Assembly: GCA_964291395.2 (NCBI GenBank)
Contig: OZ219858.1
Location: 416,001 to 480,000 of the forward strand
Reading direction: 5' to 3'
Length of the DNA: 64,000 nt
Source: Alphaproteobacteria bacterium
Lineage (GTDB): Bacteria; Pseudomonadota; Alphaproteobacteria; UBA2966
A program made the position numbers and the translations under genes. Numbering within the stretch: position 1 is the first letter of the stretch; each line of letters begins with the position of its first letter. The notes under the pieces are model-generated. The model was not told where the DNA came from and did no database searches. It worked only from the letters and a program-made list of their open reading frames with translations. Positions 19,160 through 28,673 of the stretch are shown piece by piece.

Positions 19160-19933
19160 ATGTCGGAGCCGAGAGTCGTCGTGATCACGGGAGGCGCCAG
19201 TGGCATGGGCCGCGGAACCGGGGAAGTGTTCGCCGCGGGCGGTGACCGGGTGGTGCTCGCGGATATCAACTCGAACCTTGGGCGTCGGGCTGCCGAAGAG
19301 ATCGAAGGTATCGGGGGTCGGGCGGTGTTCCACGATCTCGACGTCACGGACGAGGGATCCATCGACGAGCTCGTGGAATGGACCGAATCGGAGGTCGGAC
19401 CGATCGACGTTCTGGTGAATTCGGCCGGGATCCTGCAGAACCCCATGTCCATCACCGAGATGCCGATGGAGGACCACGATCGGATGTGGGACATCAACAA
19501 TCGTGGCCTCTACATGTGCTGCCGGGCCGTAGCACCGCTGATGAAGGGCCGCGGCCGGGGCAGCATCGTCAACATCGCCTCCTCGACGAGTTTCAACGCC
19601 TGGCCCCTGACCGCGTACGTGCCGGGAAAGACCGCCGTGAAGATGCTCACGGAAGTGCTGGCGGGCGAGATGGGGCCAAGCGGCGTCCGTGTGAACGCCG
19701 TGGCGCCTCACGTTACGCCGACACCCGCCATTCAAGCACGCATCGACGCGGGCGAACGCGATCCCGCGAAGATCACCGCCCAGCAGGCGCTGCCGCGAAT
19801 GGTCGAAGTCATCGACGTCGCCGAGGCCATCCATTTCCTGTGTTCTCCCGAGGCCAAGGCGATCACGGGTGTGACGCTTCCGGTGGACTGCGGATACCTC
19901 GTCGCCAACACCTACAACGCCTACCCGAAGTAG
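19160..19933 (+). CDS. SDR family oxidoreductase
   Basis: TGGASGMG, NSAG, YVPGK catalytic motif, VRVNAVAP. Confidence 0.9.
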   Translation: MSEPRVVVITGGASGMGRGTGEVFAAGGDRVVLADINSNLGRRAAEEIEGIGGRAVFHDLDVTDEGSIDELVEWTESEVGPIDVLVNSAGILQNPMSITEMPMEDHDRMWDINNRGLYMCCRAVAPLMKGRGRGSIVNIASSTSFNAWPLTAYVPGKTAVKMLTEVLAGEMGPSGVRVNAVAPHVTPTPAIQARIDAGERDPAKITAQQALPRMVEVIDVAEAIHFLCSPEAKAITGVTLPVDCGYLVANTYNAYPK

Positions 19934-19945
19934 CCGTTCACGAGC

Positions 19946-20536
19946 TTGACGATCACGCGCAAGGACGGCCTCGGGGACCTGCACCATTTTCATGACGGCG
20001 GCGACCTTTGGGTCTTCGGCTACGGCTCGCTGATGTGGCGGCCCGGTTTTTCGTACACCGAAGTGCATTCGGCGCTGATCCGCGGGGTCCATCGCGCGCC
20101 CTGCGTGATCTCGCACCGGCATCGGGGTTCGTGGGAGTGCCCGGGGGTGGTCATGGGACTGGATGCCGGCGGGTCGTGCAAGGGACGGATCTACCGGGTC
20201 GCCGCGGCGGACGCCGTCGAGGTGCTGGACTACCTGCACGACCGCGAGATGGGGGGCTATGACGTCTACAAGCCGGCCAAGCGCCCGGCCCTGATTCTCA
20301 CGCCGGGGCGACAGAAGAACGTTGCCGCCCTTTGCTTTGTCGTCGACCGGCACCACGCCCAGTATGCGGGCGGTCTCTCCCGCGCCGACCTCCTCGCCCA
20401 TATCCGGCAGGGAGTCGGGGAAGGCGGGACGTGCATCGACTATTTCTCGAAGCTTGTGCGTCACCTCGACGAGCTCGGCATCGCCGATGGACCCGTTCAT
20501 CGTCTATACGAAGCCGTCAGAGAACCCTCCGAATAG
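19946..20536 (+). CDS. chaC: Glutathione-specific gamma-glutamylcyclotransferase (ChaC family)
   Basis: WVFGYGSLMW.PGF, HRG and YL..RE motifs. Confidence 0.88.
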   Translation: MTITRKDGLGDLHHFHDGGDLWVFGYGSLMWRPGFSYTEVHSALIRGVHRAPCVISHRHRGSWECPGVVMGLDAGGSCKGRIYRVAAADAVEVLDYLHDREMGGYDVYKPAKRPALILTPGRQKNVAALCFVVDRHHAQYAGGLSRADLLAHIRQGVGEGGTCIDYFSKLVRHLDELGIADGPVHRLYEAVREPSE

Positions 20537-20615
20537 ACTCCTCTTTAAGTGGTGACGCGGCGGCGTTACGATCTCAATGTCCATGAGATGTCCCGACGGG
20601 ATCGAGGGGGCGGCG

Positions 20616-21974
20616 ATGAATGTGCACCAGCAGACTCCACGACAAGCCTACTCGGGATATCACCTGCGCGACGTGCCGGCAGAGGACGCCGAGTTGACTC
20701 ACGTCGGGCCGGGAACGCCCTGCGGCGAATACATGCGCCGGTTCTGGCAGCCCGTATGCCTGTCGCAGGAGTTGACCGACCTGCCGCACGCCGTCCGGAT
20801 CCTCGGCGAGGACCTTGTGGCTTTCCGCGACAAGTCGGGGAACGTCGGTGTTCTGCATCGCCACTGCAGCCATCGCGGTACGTCGCTCGAATACGGAATC
20901 GTCGCCGAGCATGGAATCCGCTGCTGCTATCACGGCTGGTTGTTCGATATCGACGGCACCATCCTGGAGACGCCGGGCGAGACGCCGGGGTCGAGATTGC
21001 GGGAGAGCTTCCGTCACGGCGCCTATCCGGCGCGGGAATACGAAGGACTCGTGTTCGCCTACATGGGACCTCCGGACGAAGAGCCGGAATTCCCCATGTT
21101 CGACACCTACTTCCTGGCGGATAACAAGCTCGTTCCCTACTCCTGCCACTACTCGTGCAGTTGGCTGCAGGTCCACGAGAACTTCGTCGACCCGATCCAC
21201 GCGGTCTTCCTGCACACGCGCCTCACCGGCACGCAGTTCACCGACGCCTGGCACGACCTGCCGGCCACCGAATTCGTCGAGAAGGACGCGGGCCTCTACT
21301 ACATCACGACCCGTCAGGTCGGCGATCGCGTCTGGGTCCGCACGAACCACATCATGCTTCCCAACTTCGGCCAGGTCGCGGCTCTGTGGGAGGCGGTCGA
21401 GAAGGAGAAGTTCTTCAATCGGGCGAGCGTGACGCGGTGGTCGGTGCCCATCGACGATACGAATTCCTGGATCTTCGGCTACCGCCACTTCAACGACGTG
21501 GTCGACACGGCAGGGATCGGTAAGGAAGAGGAATGCGGCATCGACAGCGTCGATTTCCTCGGCCAGACCGGAAACCGGCCCTATGAGGAGCGCCAGCGCG
21601 AACCGGGAGACTGGGATGCCCTCGTCGGTCAGCGCCCCATCGCCATCCACGCCAAGGAACATCTGGGCACCACCGACCGGGGTGTGGCCATGTGGCGGCG
21701 CATCCTGCGCGAAGGGATCCGCGGCGAAGGCCGATTCGCGGGCAAGCCGGCGACGTGGGGTTACGCCGGGGATCCCATTCATACCTACACGCACGACACC
21801 TGCCTCGATATCCCGGCGAACGGCACGAAGGGGGCCGAGCAGATGGCGTATCTCGCCGGGATCGGCCGCGAGGTGCTCGACTGCATCTTCTCGGGCGATG
21901 CCTACGAAGGCGCCGAACGCAAGGGTCACGTCGAGAAGCGGCTTCGGGACTTGCGGGACCGCTACCGCGGTTGA
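20616..21974 (+). CDS. Rieske non-heme iron oxygenase alpha subunit (phthalate dioxygenase/VanA-like class)
   Basis: VGPGTP.G..MRRFWQP, CSHRG...CCYHGW and ENFVDPIH..FLH motifs; alternative start at 20577. Confidence 0.9.
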   Translation: MNVHQQTPRQAYSGYHLRDVPAEDAELTHVGPGTPCGEYMRRFWQPVCLSQELTDLPHAVRILGEDLVAFRDKSGNVGVLHRHCSHRGTSLEYGIVAEHGIRCCYHGWLFDIDGTILETPGETPGSRLRESFRHGAYPAREYEGLVFAYMGPPDEEPEFPMFDTYFLADNKLVPYSCHYSCSWLQVHENFVDPIHAVFLHTRLTGTQFTDAWHDLPATEFVEKDAGLYYITTRQVGDRVWVRTNHIMLPNFGQVAALWEAVEKEKFFNRASVTRWSVPIDDTNSWIFGYRHFNDVVDTAGIGKEEECGIDSVDFLGQTGNRPYEERQREPGDWDALVGQRPIAIHAKEHLGTTDRGVAMWRRILREGIRGEGRFAGKPATWGYAGDPIHTYTHDTCLDIPANGTKGAEQMAYLAGIGREVLDCIFSGDAYEGAERKGHVEKRLRDLRDRYRG

Positions 21975-22018
21975 GGAGGCGATCGAATACCGGCAAGTTC
22001 GCGAGACCGAAGCCCCCC

Positions 22019-23683
22019 GTGACTGAAGGCTACGACTACGTCATCGTCGGCGGCGGATCGGCGGGGTGTGTGCTCGCCAACCGGCTCAGCGCCGATCCGG
22101 ACAACCGTGTCCTGCTGCTCGAAGCGGGCGGCAGTGGCCGCAACCCGCTCTACCGGATCCCCCTGATCGCGGGAAAACTCAGCCGAAACCACTTCGGCGA
22201 TTGGAACTACCGGACCGAACCCGAGGCGGGGGTGAACGGCCGGCGGGTCGACTGGCCGCGCGCCAAGATGCTCGGCGGCTGCTCGATGGTCGCCGGCATG
22301 CTCTATGTCCGGGGCCATCCCTCCGACTTCGACACCTGGGCCCAGCTCGGCAATCGCGGCTGGAGCTACCGTGAGATCCTGCCCTACTTCAAGCGGGCCG
22401 AAGACCATGAAGAGGGTGCCAGTGCCTACCACGGCGGCGGTGGCGAGCTCTTCGTTCGCAGCCCCCGTTCCGACAATCCGATCCTGAGCGCCTATATCGA
22501 GGCCGGGCGTCAAGCGGGTTACCCGCTGACCGACGACTTCAACGGCGAAACCCAGGAAGGCTTCGGGCGTTATCACTGCAACATCAAGAACGGTCAGCGC
22601 TGGAGCGCAGCCCGCGCCTTCCTCGACCCCGCCCTGCCGCGACCCAACCTTACCGTCCTGACCGGCGCCCAGGCGACGGAGATCCTGTTCGACGGACGCC
22701 GGGCCCGCGGCGTCGCCTATCGCCGCGGCGGGCGCGACGAGCGGGCGGCGGCCGACGGCGAGGTGATCCTCAGCGGGGGCACCGTCAATTCTCCGCAGCT
22801 TCTCATGCTCTCCGGCATCGGGCCCGCCGATGCCCTGGCGGCGCACGGCATCCCGGTACGCGCGGACCTGCCGGGCGTCGGGCGCAACCTGCAAGATCAT
22901 CTCGACGTATCGATCCGCCACGCCAGCAGGCGGCCGGTCACGGTCTACCGCTTGCTGGCCATGGATCGGTTCGTCCTGGAAACCGGGCGCGCACTCCTGT
23001 TCGGCACCGGACCCGCGACCGTATTTCCCCAGGAGGCCGGCGGATTCATTCGCAGCGCGCCGGATCTGGAGGTGCCGGACCTTCAGGCCCACATGCTGCC
23101 GCTTTTGGTTGACCGCATGAGATTGCGCCCGCCCTTCGCCTACCTGTTCGACCGCAACCCCGCCGAGGGACATGGTTATGCGGTCCGAACCAGCCTCCTG
23201 CGGCCCTACAGCCGGGGCGTCATCGAGCTCCGGTCGAACGACCCGTTCGCCAAGCCCGTGATCCGGCCGAGCTACCTCTCGGACCGGCGCGACGTCGAGT
23301 TGTTCCGCAGGGCCGTCGACATCGGCCGTGACATTCTTTCACAGCAGGCACTCAAGCCGTTCGACGCCGGCGAGATCGAGCCCGGACCGGAGGTGCGGAG
23401 CGATGCCGATATCGAAGCTTGGATCCGCCGGGCCGTGACCACGGAGTTTCACCCGGTCGGCACTTGTCGCATGGGGCGGGGTACCGACGCCGTCGTCGAC
23501 GAAGAACTCAGGGTGATCGGCGTGGACGGGCTGCGGGTGGCCGACGCCTCGATCATGCCGGTCATCACGGGAGGCAATACCAATGCGCCGACCATGATGA
23601 TCGGCGAGAAGGCGGTGGACCTGGTGCTGGGCCGCGCTCCGCTCGGGAGCGAGGGACCGGCTCTCGAATCTGCGGAAAAATGA
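22019..23683 (+). CDS. GMC family (choline dehydrogenase-like) oxidoreductase
   Basis: YDYVIVGGGSAG, NSPQLLMLSGIG, GRNLQDH, HPVGTCRMG and GNTNAPT motifs; start inferred (GTG 22019). Confidence 0.92.
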   Translation: MTEGYDYVIVGGGSAGCVLANRLSADPDNRVLLLEAGGSGRNPLYRIPLIAGKLSRNHFGDWNYRTEPEAGVNGRRVDWPRAKMLGGCSMVAGMLYVRGHPSDFDTWAQLGNRGWSYREILPYFKRAEDHEEGASAYHGGGGELFVRSPRSDNPILSAYIEAGRQAGYPLTDDFNGETQEGFGRYHCNIKNGQRWSAARAFLDPALPRPNLTVLTGAQATEILFDGRRARGVAYRRGGRDERAAADGEVILSGGTVNSPQLLMLSGIGPADALAAHGIPVRADLPGVGRNLQDHLDVSIRHASRRPVTVYRLLAMDRFVLETGRALLFGTGPATVFPQEAGGFIRSAPDLEVPDLQAHMLPLLVDRMRLRPPFAYLFDRNPAEGHGYAVRTSLLRPYSRGVIELRSNDPFAKPVIRPSYLSDRRDVELFRRAVDIGRDILSQQALKPFDAGEIEPGPEVRSDADIEAWIRRAVTTEFHPVGTCRMGRGTDAVVDEELRVIGVDGLRVADASIMPVITGGNTNAPTMMIGEKAVDLVLGRAPLGSEGPALESAEK

Positions 23684-23696
23684 GGAGAAAGACACT

Positions 23697-24137
23697 ATGA
23701 GGATCGACGGCGGCTGCCACTGCGGCTATCTGACCTACGAGGCGGAAATCGACGAGACCGAGATTTCGGTGTGTCACTGCACCGACTGTCAGGCCCTGTC
23801 GGGCACGGCGTTCCGGGTGTCCGCCCGCAGCCGCGAGGGCGCATTCACCCAGCTCACGGGCGAGCCCAAGGAATACATCAAGACCGGTTCGAGCGGTGCG
23901 CAGCGGATCCAGGCTTTCTGCCCGGAATGCGGGTCGCAGATCTATTCGACGTCGGTGGGCGACGGACCAAAGCTGTACAACCTCCGCACGGGTACGATTC
24001 GCCAGCGCGCGGAGCTCGTCCCGGTCGCACAGCAGTGGACCCGCTCGGAACTGCCGTGGATCGATGGCTTGGCATCGATTCCGAAGTTCGAGCGGACTCA
24101 CATGACGCCGGATCAGTCGAAGAGCCGAGTGTCGTAG
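23697..24137 (+). CDS. GFA (glutathione-dependent formaldehyde-activating)/CENP-V family protein
   Basis: GGCHCG, CHCTDC and FCPECG motifs; strong SD. Confidence 0.9.
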   Translation: MRIDGGCHCGYLTYEAEIDETEISVCHCTDCQALSGTAFRVSARSREGAFTQLTGEPKEYIKTGSSGAQRIQAFCPECGSQIYSTSVGDGPKLYNLRTGTIRQRAELVPVAQQWTRSELPWIDGLASIPKFERTHMTPDQSKSRVS

Positions 24138-24260
24138 CCGCGGGACGGTTCCTGGAGGAACCGGGCTCCGAGCCGTCGCTCGAGTTCCGAAATGACGAAA
24201 TTCGCTTGTACAGTGAATTCGAAAGCGGCAGGGTGAACGCACCGGTCAGGACATCGGGTC

Positions 24261-25313
24261 ATGAACGACGTCGGCACAGAGTCACCATCACCCTTTCACA
24301 AGGGAGAGCGGTTGGTTCAGGAACGCATGGGCGTCCGGGACAAGGTGGAAAAGCTTGGGCGGCGGGCCATTCGTGACTTCCTGCCCGACCAGCATCGCGA
24401 GTTCTATGCCGAATTGCCCTTCGTGCTCGTCGGCACGGTAGATGGCCGGGGACGGCCCTGGACGTCACTCGTCCCGGGACGCGTCGGGTTTATGACGACC
24501 CCGGACGACCGAACCCTGGACGTCGGAATGCGACCCTTGTTCGGGGACCCGCTCAACGAGACCCTGACGGAAGGCGCGCACATCGGCGTGCTCGGCATTC
24601 AACCTCACAGCCGCCGCCGCAACCGGATGACCGGCCGTGTCGGGGCGGTGCGGCCCGACGGTTTCACCATCGCGGTCGATCGCTCTTTCGGAAACTGTCC
24701 TCGGTACATCCAGACCCGCGACGTCGAAGTTCTACCCGGCATCGACCGGCCGGAGACGGTGCGCGCCGTCAGCCGGTCCGATGCGATCGACGAGCCCGTG
24801 CGGGGGATCATCGAGCGGGCAGACACCTTGTTCATCGCGACCGCGCATCTGGACGAACGCGAGGCCGAATCGCAAGGCGCCGACGTTTCCCATCGAGGGG
24901 GCAGGCCCGGCTTCGTCAAGGTCGAGGACGAGCGGTCCTTCGTATTCCCCGACTTCTCAGGCAACCTTCACTTCAACACGGTGGGCAACATCCTGCTCCA
25001 TCCGAAGGCGGGCTTCCTGTTCGCCGATTTCGACACGGGCGACCTCGTCTACCTGACCGGTGGCGCGGAGATCGTCTGGGACGGCGAGATGATCGAGGCC
25101 TTCAGGGGCGCGCAGCGCCTGATCCGTTTTTCCGCCGATGAGGTCATCCGGGTGGAGCGCAGCCTGCCGTTGCGATTCACCTTCGGTGAGTATTCTCCCC
25201 TCTTGGAGAACACGGGGTCCTGGACACAGGCGTCCAGAATTGTCGCAGCCGACAAGGCGTGGAGCACCGTACTCGAGAAGTCGATCGTCGACGGCGGATC
25301 AAACCGGGCTTGA
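24261..25313 (+). CDS. Pyridoxamine 5'-phosphate oxidase-like flavin-binding protein (two PNPOx-like domains)
   Basis: PFHKGE..VQ, RRRNR..G, FGNCPRYIQ, DVSHRGG.PGFV and PDFSGN..FNT motifs. Confidence 0.85.
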   Translation: MNDVGTESPSPFHKGERLVQERMGVRDKVEKLGRRAIRDFLPDQHREFYAELPFVLVGTVDGRGRPWTSLVPGRVGFMTTPDDRTLDVGMRPLFGDPLNETLTEGAHIGVLGIQPHSRRRNRMTGRVGAVRPDGFTIAVDRSFGNCPRYIQTRDVEVLPGIDRPETVRAVSRSDAIDEPVRGIIERADTLFIATAHLDEREAESQGADVSHRGGRPGFVKVEDERSFVFPDFSGNLHFNTVGNILLHPKAGFLFADFDTGDLVYLTGGAEIVWDGEMIEAFRGAQRLIRFSADEVIRVERSLPLRFTFGEYSPLLENTGSWTQASRIVAADKAWSTVLEKSIVDGGSNRA

Positions 25314-25334
25314 ATCTCCGTAGAAAAAATTCGC

Positions 25335-25742
25335 TCACTCGAACTCATCCGCGGCGATCGCAAGCGGATGAGCGAGAAGACGCCTGTCCACGGTAAGCAG
25401 CCTCAGACCTTCCTCCTGGGCCTGGACAAGCAGCAGTTCGTCGAACGGGTCCCTGTGGCCGAGCGGCGTCTTGAGCGCCCGCGCGGCATGGCGGATGGTC
25501 ATCGGCAGGAACGTCACGTCCTGATCTTCGAGCGCGTCGATCACGTCCTCCGGCGAGAAGCGGCTCTTGCGCGCCCCCGACGGATGGCGGGCGCCATGCT
25601 TGAGCCGCATTTCCCAAATCGACACCGCGCTCACATGAAACTCCGTCTCGCGTGAAGCCAGAACCCGGCGCTCCGCGTCCGGCAGCCTTCCCGGCCGGTC
25701 CATGAAGTCGTAGAGGTAGGGCGTGTCGAGAAGAACGCGCAT
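25335..25742 (-). CDS. vapC: PIN-domain toxin (VapC family)
   Basis: LLDT, SAVSIWEM and HRDPFD motifs. Confidence 0.9.
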   Translation of the reverse strand: MRVLLDTPYLYDFMDRPGRLPDAERRVLASRETEFHVSAVSIWEMRLKHGARHPSGARKSRFSPEDVIDALEDQDVTFLPMTIRHAARALKTPLGHRDPFDELLLVQAQEEGLRLLTVDRRLLAHPLAIAADEFE

Positions 25743-25753
25743 CGCCGGTTCAG

Positions 25754-26014
25754 CTATTCGTCGTCGAGGCCGAGCACGCGGCGGCTGAAGGCGGGATCGT
25801 TGAACTCCTCCGGCCAGCCTTCCCCGTCACCCTCGATCCCGAGACGCCGCCGCGCCGCTTCCAGTTTCTCGAAGTCGATCCCGCCGCGCCGGTCGCAGCG
25901 CACCAGCTCGGCCACCGGCCGGCCGTGCCTGGTGATGATCACCCGCTCGCCGTCGCGGGCAGCGGCGACCAGTTCGGACAGGCGCGCTTTTGCGTCGCGT
26001 ATGGCAAGTTCCAC
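25754..26014 (-). CDS. Phd/YefM-family antitoxin
   Basis: AKARLSELV..A..GE.VIITRHGRPVA motif; directly upstream of the PIN toxin. Confidence 0.9.
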   Translation of the reverse strand: MELAIRDAKARLSELVAAARDGERVIITRHGRPVAELVRCDRRGGIDFEKLEAARRRLGIEGDGEGWPEEFNDPAFSRRVLGLDDE

Positions 26015-26189
26015 GGCGAACCGCTCCCGGCTTGGGCTTAGCCTCCGCCAGCATGCCCGTGCGGAGTATCTAATTCAACACCACATCGTGACCATATTAG
26101 CCTCGCCCTCTTGACGGTCGCGCGCCGGCGGCCCCACCTGTCAGATTGGGTAATCGGGGTCGGAGAATCAGGGGAGTGTTCCTCACCAC

Positions 26190-28514
26190 CTAACTGCACT
26201 TCGAGTAGCCGCAGGACGTGCAGGTATCGCAGTTCTCCATGCGGATGACACTGGCCTGGGCGCAGCGCGGGCAGGGCCGGAATCCCGAGTTCCCCGCCTC
26301 GCCGCCCCCCGCCGAGGCGGCGAGCTGCAACTTCTCGGCGCCGACACCCGCCTCGGGCCGTTGGATGAAGCCGATCTCCACGAGGTGCTGCTCGATGACC
26401 TCGCCGATGGCAGCGAGCAGAGACGGGATGTAGCGCCCGCCCATCCAGTGGCCGCCACGGGGATCGAACACGGCCTTCAACTCGTCGACCACGAACGAGA
26501 CGTCCCCGCCGCGGCGGAATACCGCCGAGACCATGCGGGTCAGCGCCACCGTCCAGGCATAGTGCTCGGTGTTCTTGGAATTGATGAACACCTCAAAGGG
26601 ACGCCGCCGGCCGTCGATGACGATGTCGTTGATGGTGATGTACATGGCGTGATCGCTCTCGGGCCAGCGCACCTTGTAGGTGGCGCCCGGGAGCACTTCG
26701 GGCCGGTCCAGCGGCTTGGTCATGTAGACCACGCCGCCTGCCTCGTAGATATCCTTTGGCCGCGTCTGCGGTTCCTCGAGCGGCAGCTCGACCTGGGAAT
26801 CGTCCGCCTCGTCCCGGTGGTCGGCCCGCAGTACGGCGCCGGTGACGTCATTCGGCCGGTAGGTCGTGCATCCCTTGCAGCCGGACTCGTAAGCCTCCAG
26901 GTAGACGTTCTCGAACGAATCGAACGGAATGCCTTCCGGAACGTTGATGGTCTTGGAGACGGCCGCATCCACGTACTTCTGAACCGCAGCCTGCATACGC
27001 AGATGATCCGGCGGCGTCAGGTGCCGGGCATCGACGAAGGCGTCGGTCAGCGGGGTGTTCTCGCCAAAGTGCTGCTTGTAGAGGCGGAAGGCGTAGTCGC
27101 TGACCTGCTCCTCGCGCCGGGTTCCGTCCGCCATCAGCACGTTGCGGGTGTAGGTGAAGCTGAAGACCGGCTCCAGCCCGGACGAAACGTTGTTGGCCAC
27201 GATCGAGATGGTTCCCGTCGGCGCAACCGAGGTGAGCAAAGCGTTGCGGATCCCGTTCGACGCGATCGCGTCACGAACGTCATCGTCGAGATCCTGCACG
27301 GTTTCCGAAGCGAGAAACGGCTCCTTCTCGAACAACGGGAAGGCCTGCTTCTCGTCCGCAAGCGCCGCCGAGGCGAGATAGGCCGACCGCCGCAGGGCCG
27401 ACATCCAGCGTTCCGTCAGTTCGACGGCGCGGGGGCCGCCGTAGCGGGCACCGCACATGATGAGGGCGTCCGCGAGGCCCGTGACCCCAAGGCCGATCCG
27501 GCGCTTGGCCTTCGCTTCGTGATCCTGCCGGGGCAACGGGAAGCGCGAGCAATCGATGGCGTTGTCGAGCATGCGCACGGCCACGGCGACGAGGTCCGAC
27601 AACCTACCGGTATCGATGTCCGCCTCCGGCGTGAACGGCGCCTGGACCAGGGCGGCGAGGTTGACGGAGCCGAGCAGGCAGGCGCCATAGGGTGGCAGGG
27701 GCTGTTCGCCACAGGGATTGGTCGCGCTGATCGTTTCCGCATAATTCAGGTTATTCGCGCGGTTGACCCGGTCGATGAAGATCACACCGGGTTCGGCATA
27801 GGCGTAAGTCGCCCGCATGATCTTGTTCCACAATTCCCGGGCGGGCAGGCTCTTGTAGCAGGTACCGCCGAATACCAGTTCCCAAGGGCGGTCGTCCTTC
27901 ACCGCGTCCATGAACGCATCGGTGACCAGGACCGAAAGGTTGAACATGCGCAGCCGGCCCGCATCCCGTTTGGCGTCGATGAAAGTCTCGATATCCGGGT
28001 GGTCGCAGCGCATGGTCGCCATCATCGCGCCGCGGCGGTGTCCCGCGCTCATGATGGTACGGCACATCGAATCCCAGACGTCCATGAACGTGAGGGGGCC
28101 GGACGCGTCGGCGCCAACCCCTCTGACCGGCGCACCCTTGGGCCGCAGCGTGGAGAAGTCGTAGCCGATTCCGCCACCCTGCTGCATGGTCAGGGCGGCT
28201 TCCTTCAGGTGCTCGAAGATCCCCGCCATGTCGTCAGGGATGGTGCCCATGACGAAGCAATTGAAGAGGGTGACGTCGCGCTCCGTACCGGCGCCGGCAA
28301 GAATCCGGCCGGCGGGCAGGAACTTGAACCCTTCCAGCGCGTCGTAGAATCTCCCTTCCCAATCCGCGGGCGTCGTCTCGACGGCCGCGAGCACCGCCGC
28401 CACCCGGTGCCAGGAATCCTCGAGGGTCCTGTCGATCGGCGAGCCGTCCGCGGACTTGAAGCGGTACTTCATGTCCCAGATCTGCTGGGAGATCGGTTCG
28501 ATGGCTATCGTCAT
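26190..28514 (-). CDS. nrdJ: Class II (adenosylcobalamin-dependent) ribonucleotide reductase with C-terminal TSCPD-like and zinc-ribbon region
   Basis: TLFNCF, RRGAMM, TNPCGEQ, APTGT and GCKGCTTYR motifs; terminal CPRC..CTSC. Confidence 0.95.
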   Translation of the reverse strand: MTIAIEPISQQIWDMKYRFKSADGSPIDRTLEDSWHRVAAVLAAVETTPADWEGRFYDALEGFKFLPAGRILAGAGTERDVTLFNCFVMGTIPDDMAGIFEHLKEAALTMQQGGGIGYDFSTLRPKGAPVRGVGADASGPLTFMDVWDSMCRTIMSAGHRRGAMMATMRCDHPDIETFIDAKRDAGRLRMFNLSVLVTDAFMDAVKDDRPWELVFGGTCYKSLPARELWNKIMRATYAYAEPGVIFIDRVNRANNLNYAETISATNPCGEQPLPPYGACLLGSVNLAALVQAPFTPEADIDTGRLSDLVAVAVRMLDNAIDCSRFPLPRQDHEAKAKRRIGLGVTGLADALIMCGARYGGPRAVELTERWMSALRRSAYLASAALADEKQAFPLFEKEPFLASETVQDLDDDVRDAIASNGIRNALLTSVAPTGTISIVANNVSSGLEPVFSFTYTRNVLMADGTRREEQVSDYAFRLYKQHFGENTPLTDAFVDARHLTPPDHLRMQAAVQKYVDAAVSKTINVPEGIPFDSFENVYLEAYESGCKGCTTYRPNDVTGAVLRADHRDEADDSQVELPLEEPQTRPKDIYEAGGVVYMTKPLDRPEVLPGATYKVRWPESDHAMYITINDIVIDGRRRPFEVFINSKNTEHYAWTVALTRMVSAVFRRGGDVSFVVDELKAVFDPRGGHWMGGRYIPSLLAAIGEVIEQHLVEIGFIQRPEAGVGAEKLQLAASAGGGEAGNSGFRPCPRCAQASVIRMENCDTCTSCGYSKCS

Positions 28515-28622
28515 CCGGACTTCCCGGTTCCCGGACCGTTATTCGTCGCCCGTTCGAGGGCTTCGCCGCATTGCCTTGCAGGCTTGACCATACGCTCCGT
28601 AACGCGGACCGGCCTGAAGGGA

Positions 28623-28651
28623 AGTGTAGTCCTGCCGCAAGGACCGGTCAA
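28623..28651 (-). promoter_or_regulatory. Sigma70-type promoter candidate for nrdJ
   Basis: Minus strand TTGACC-N17-TACACT. Confidence 0.6.
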
Positions 28652-28658
28652 AGCATTT

Positions 28659-28673
28659 GTTCACGTTATGTTT
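28659..28673. promoter_or_regulatory. Alphaproteobacterial LexA-box-like site
   Basis: GTTC-ACGTTAT-GTTT, one mismatch to GTTC-N7-GTTC, immediately upstream of the nrdJ -35. Confidence 0.45.

Noticed and set aside
24196-24222. Imperfect palindrome aattcgcttgtacagtgaatt upstream of the PNPOx-like gene
   Set aside because: Several mismatches and no cognate regulator in the window; too weak to report.
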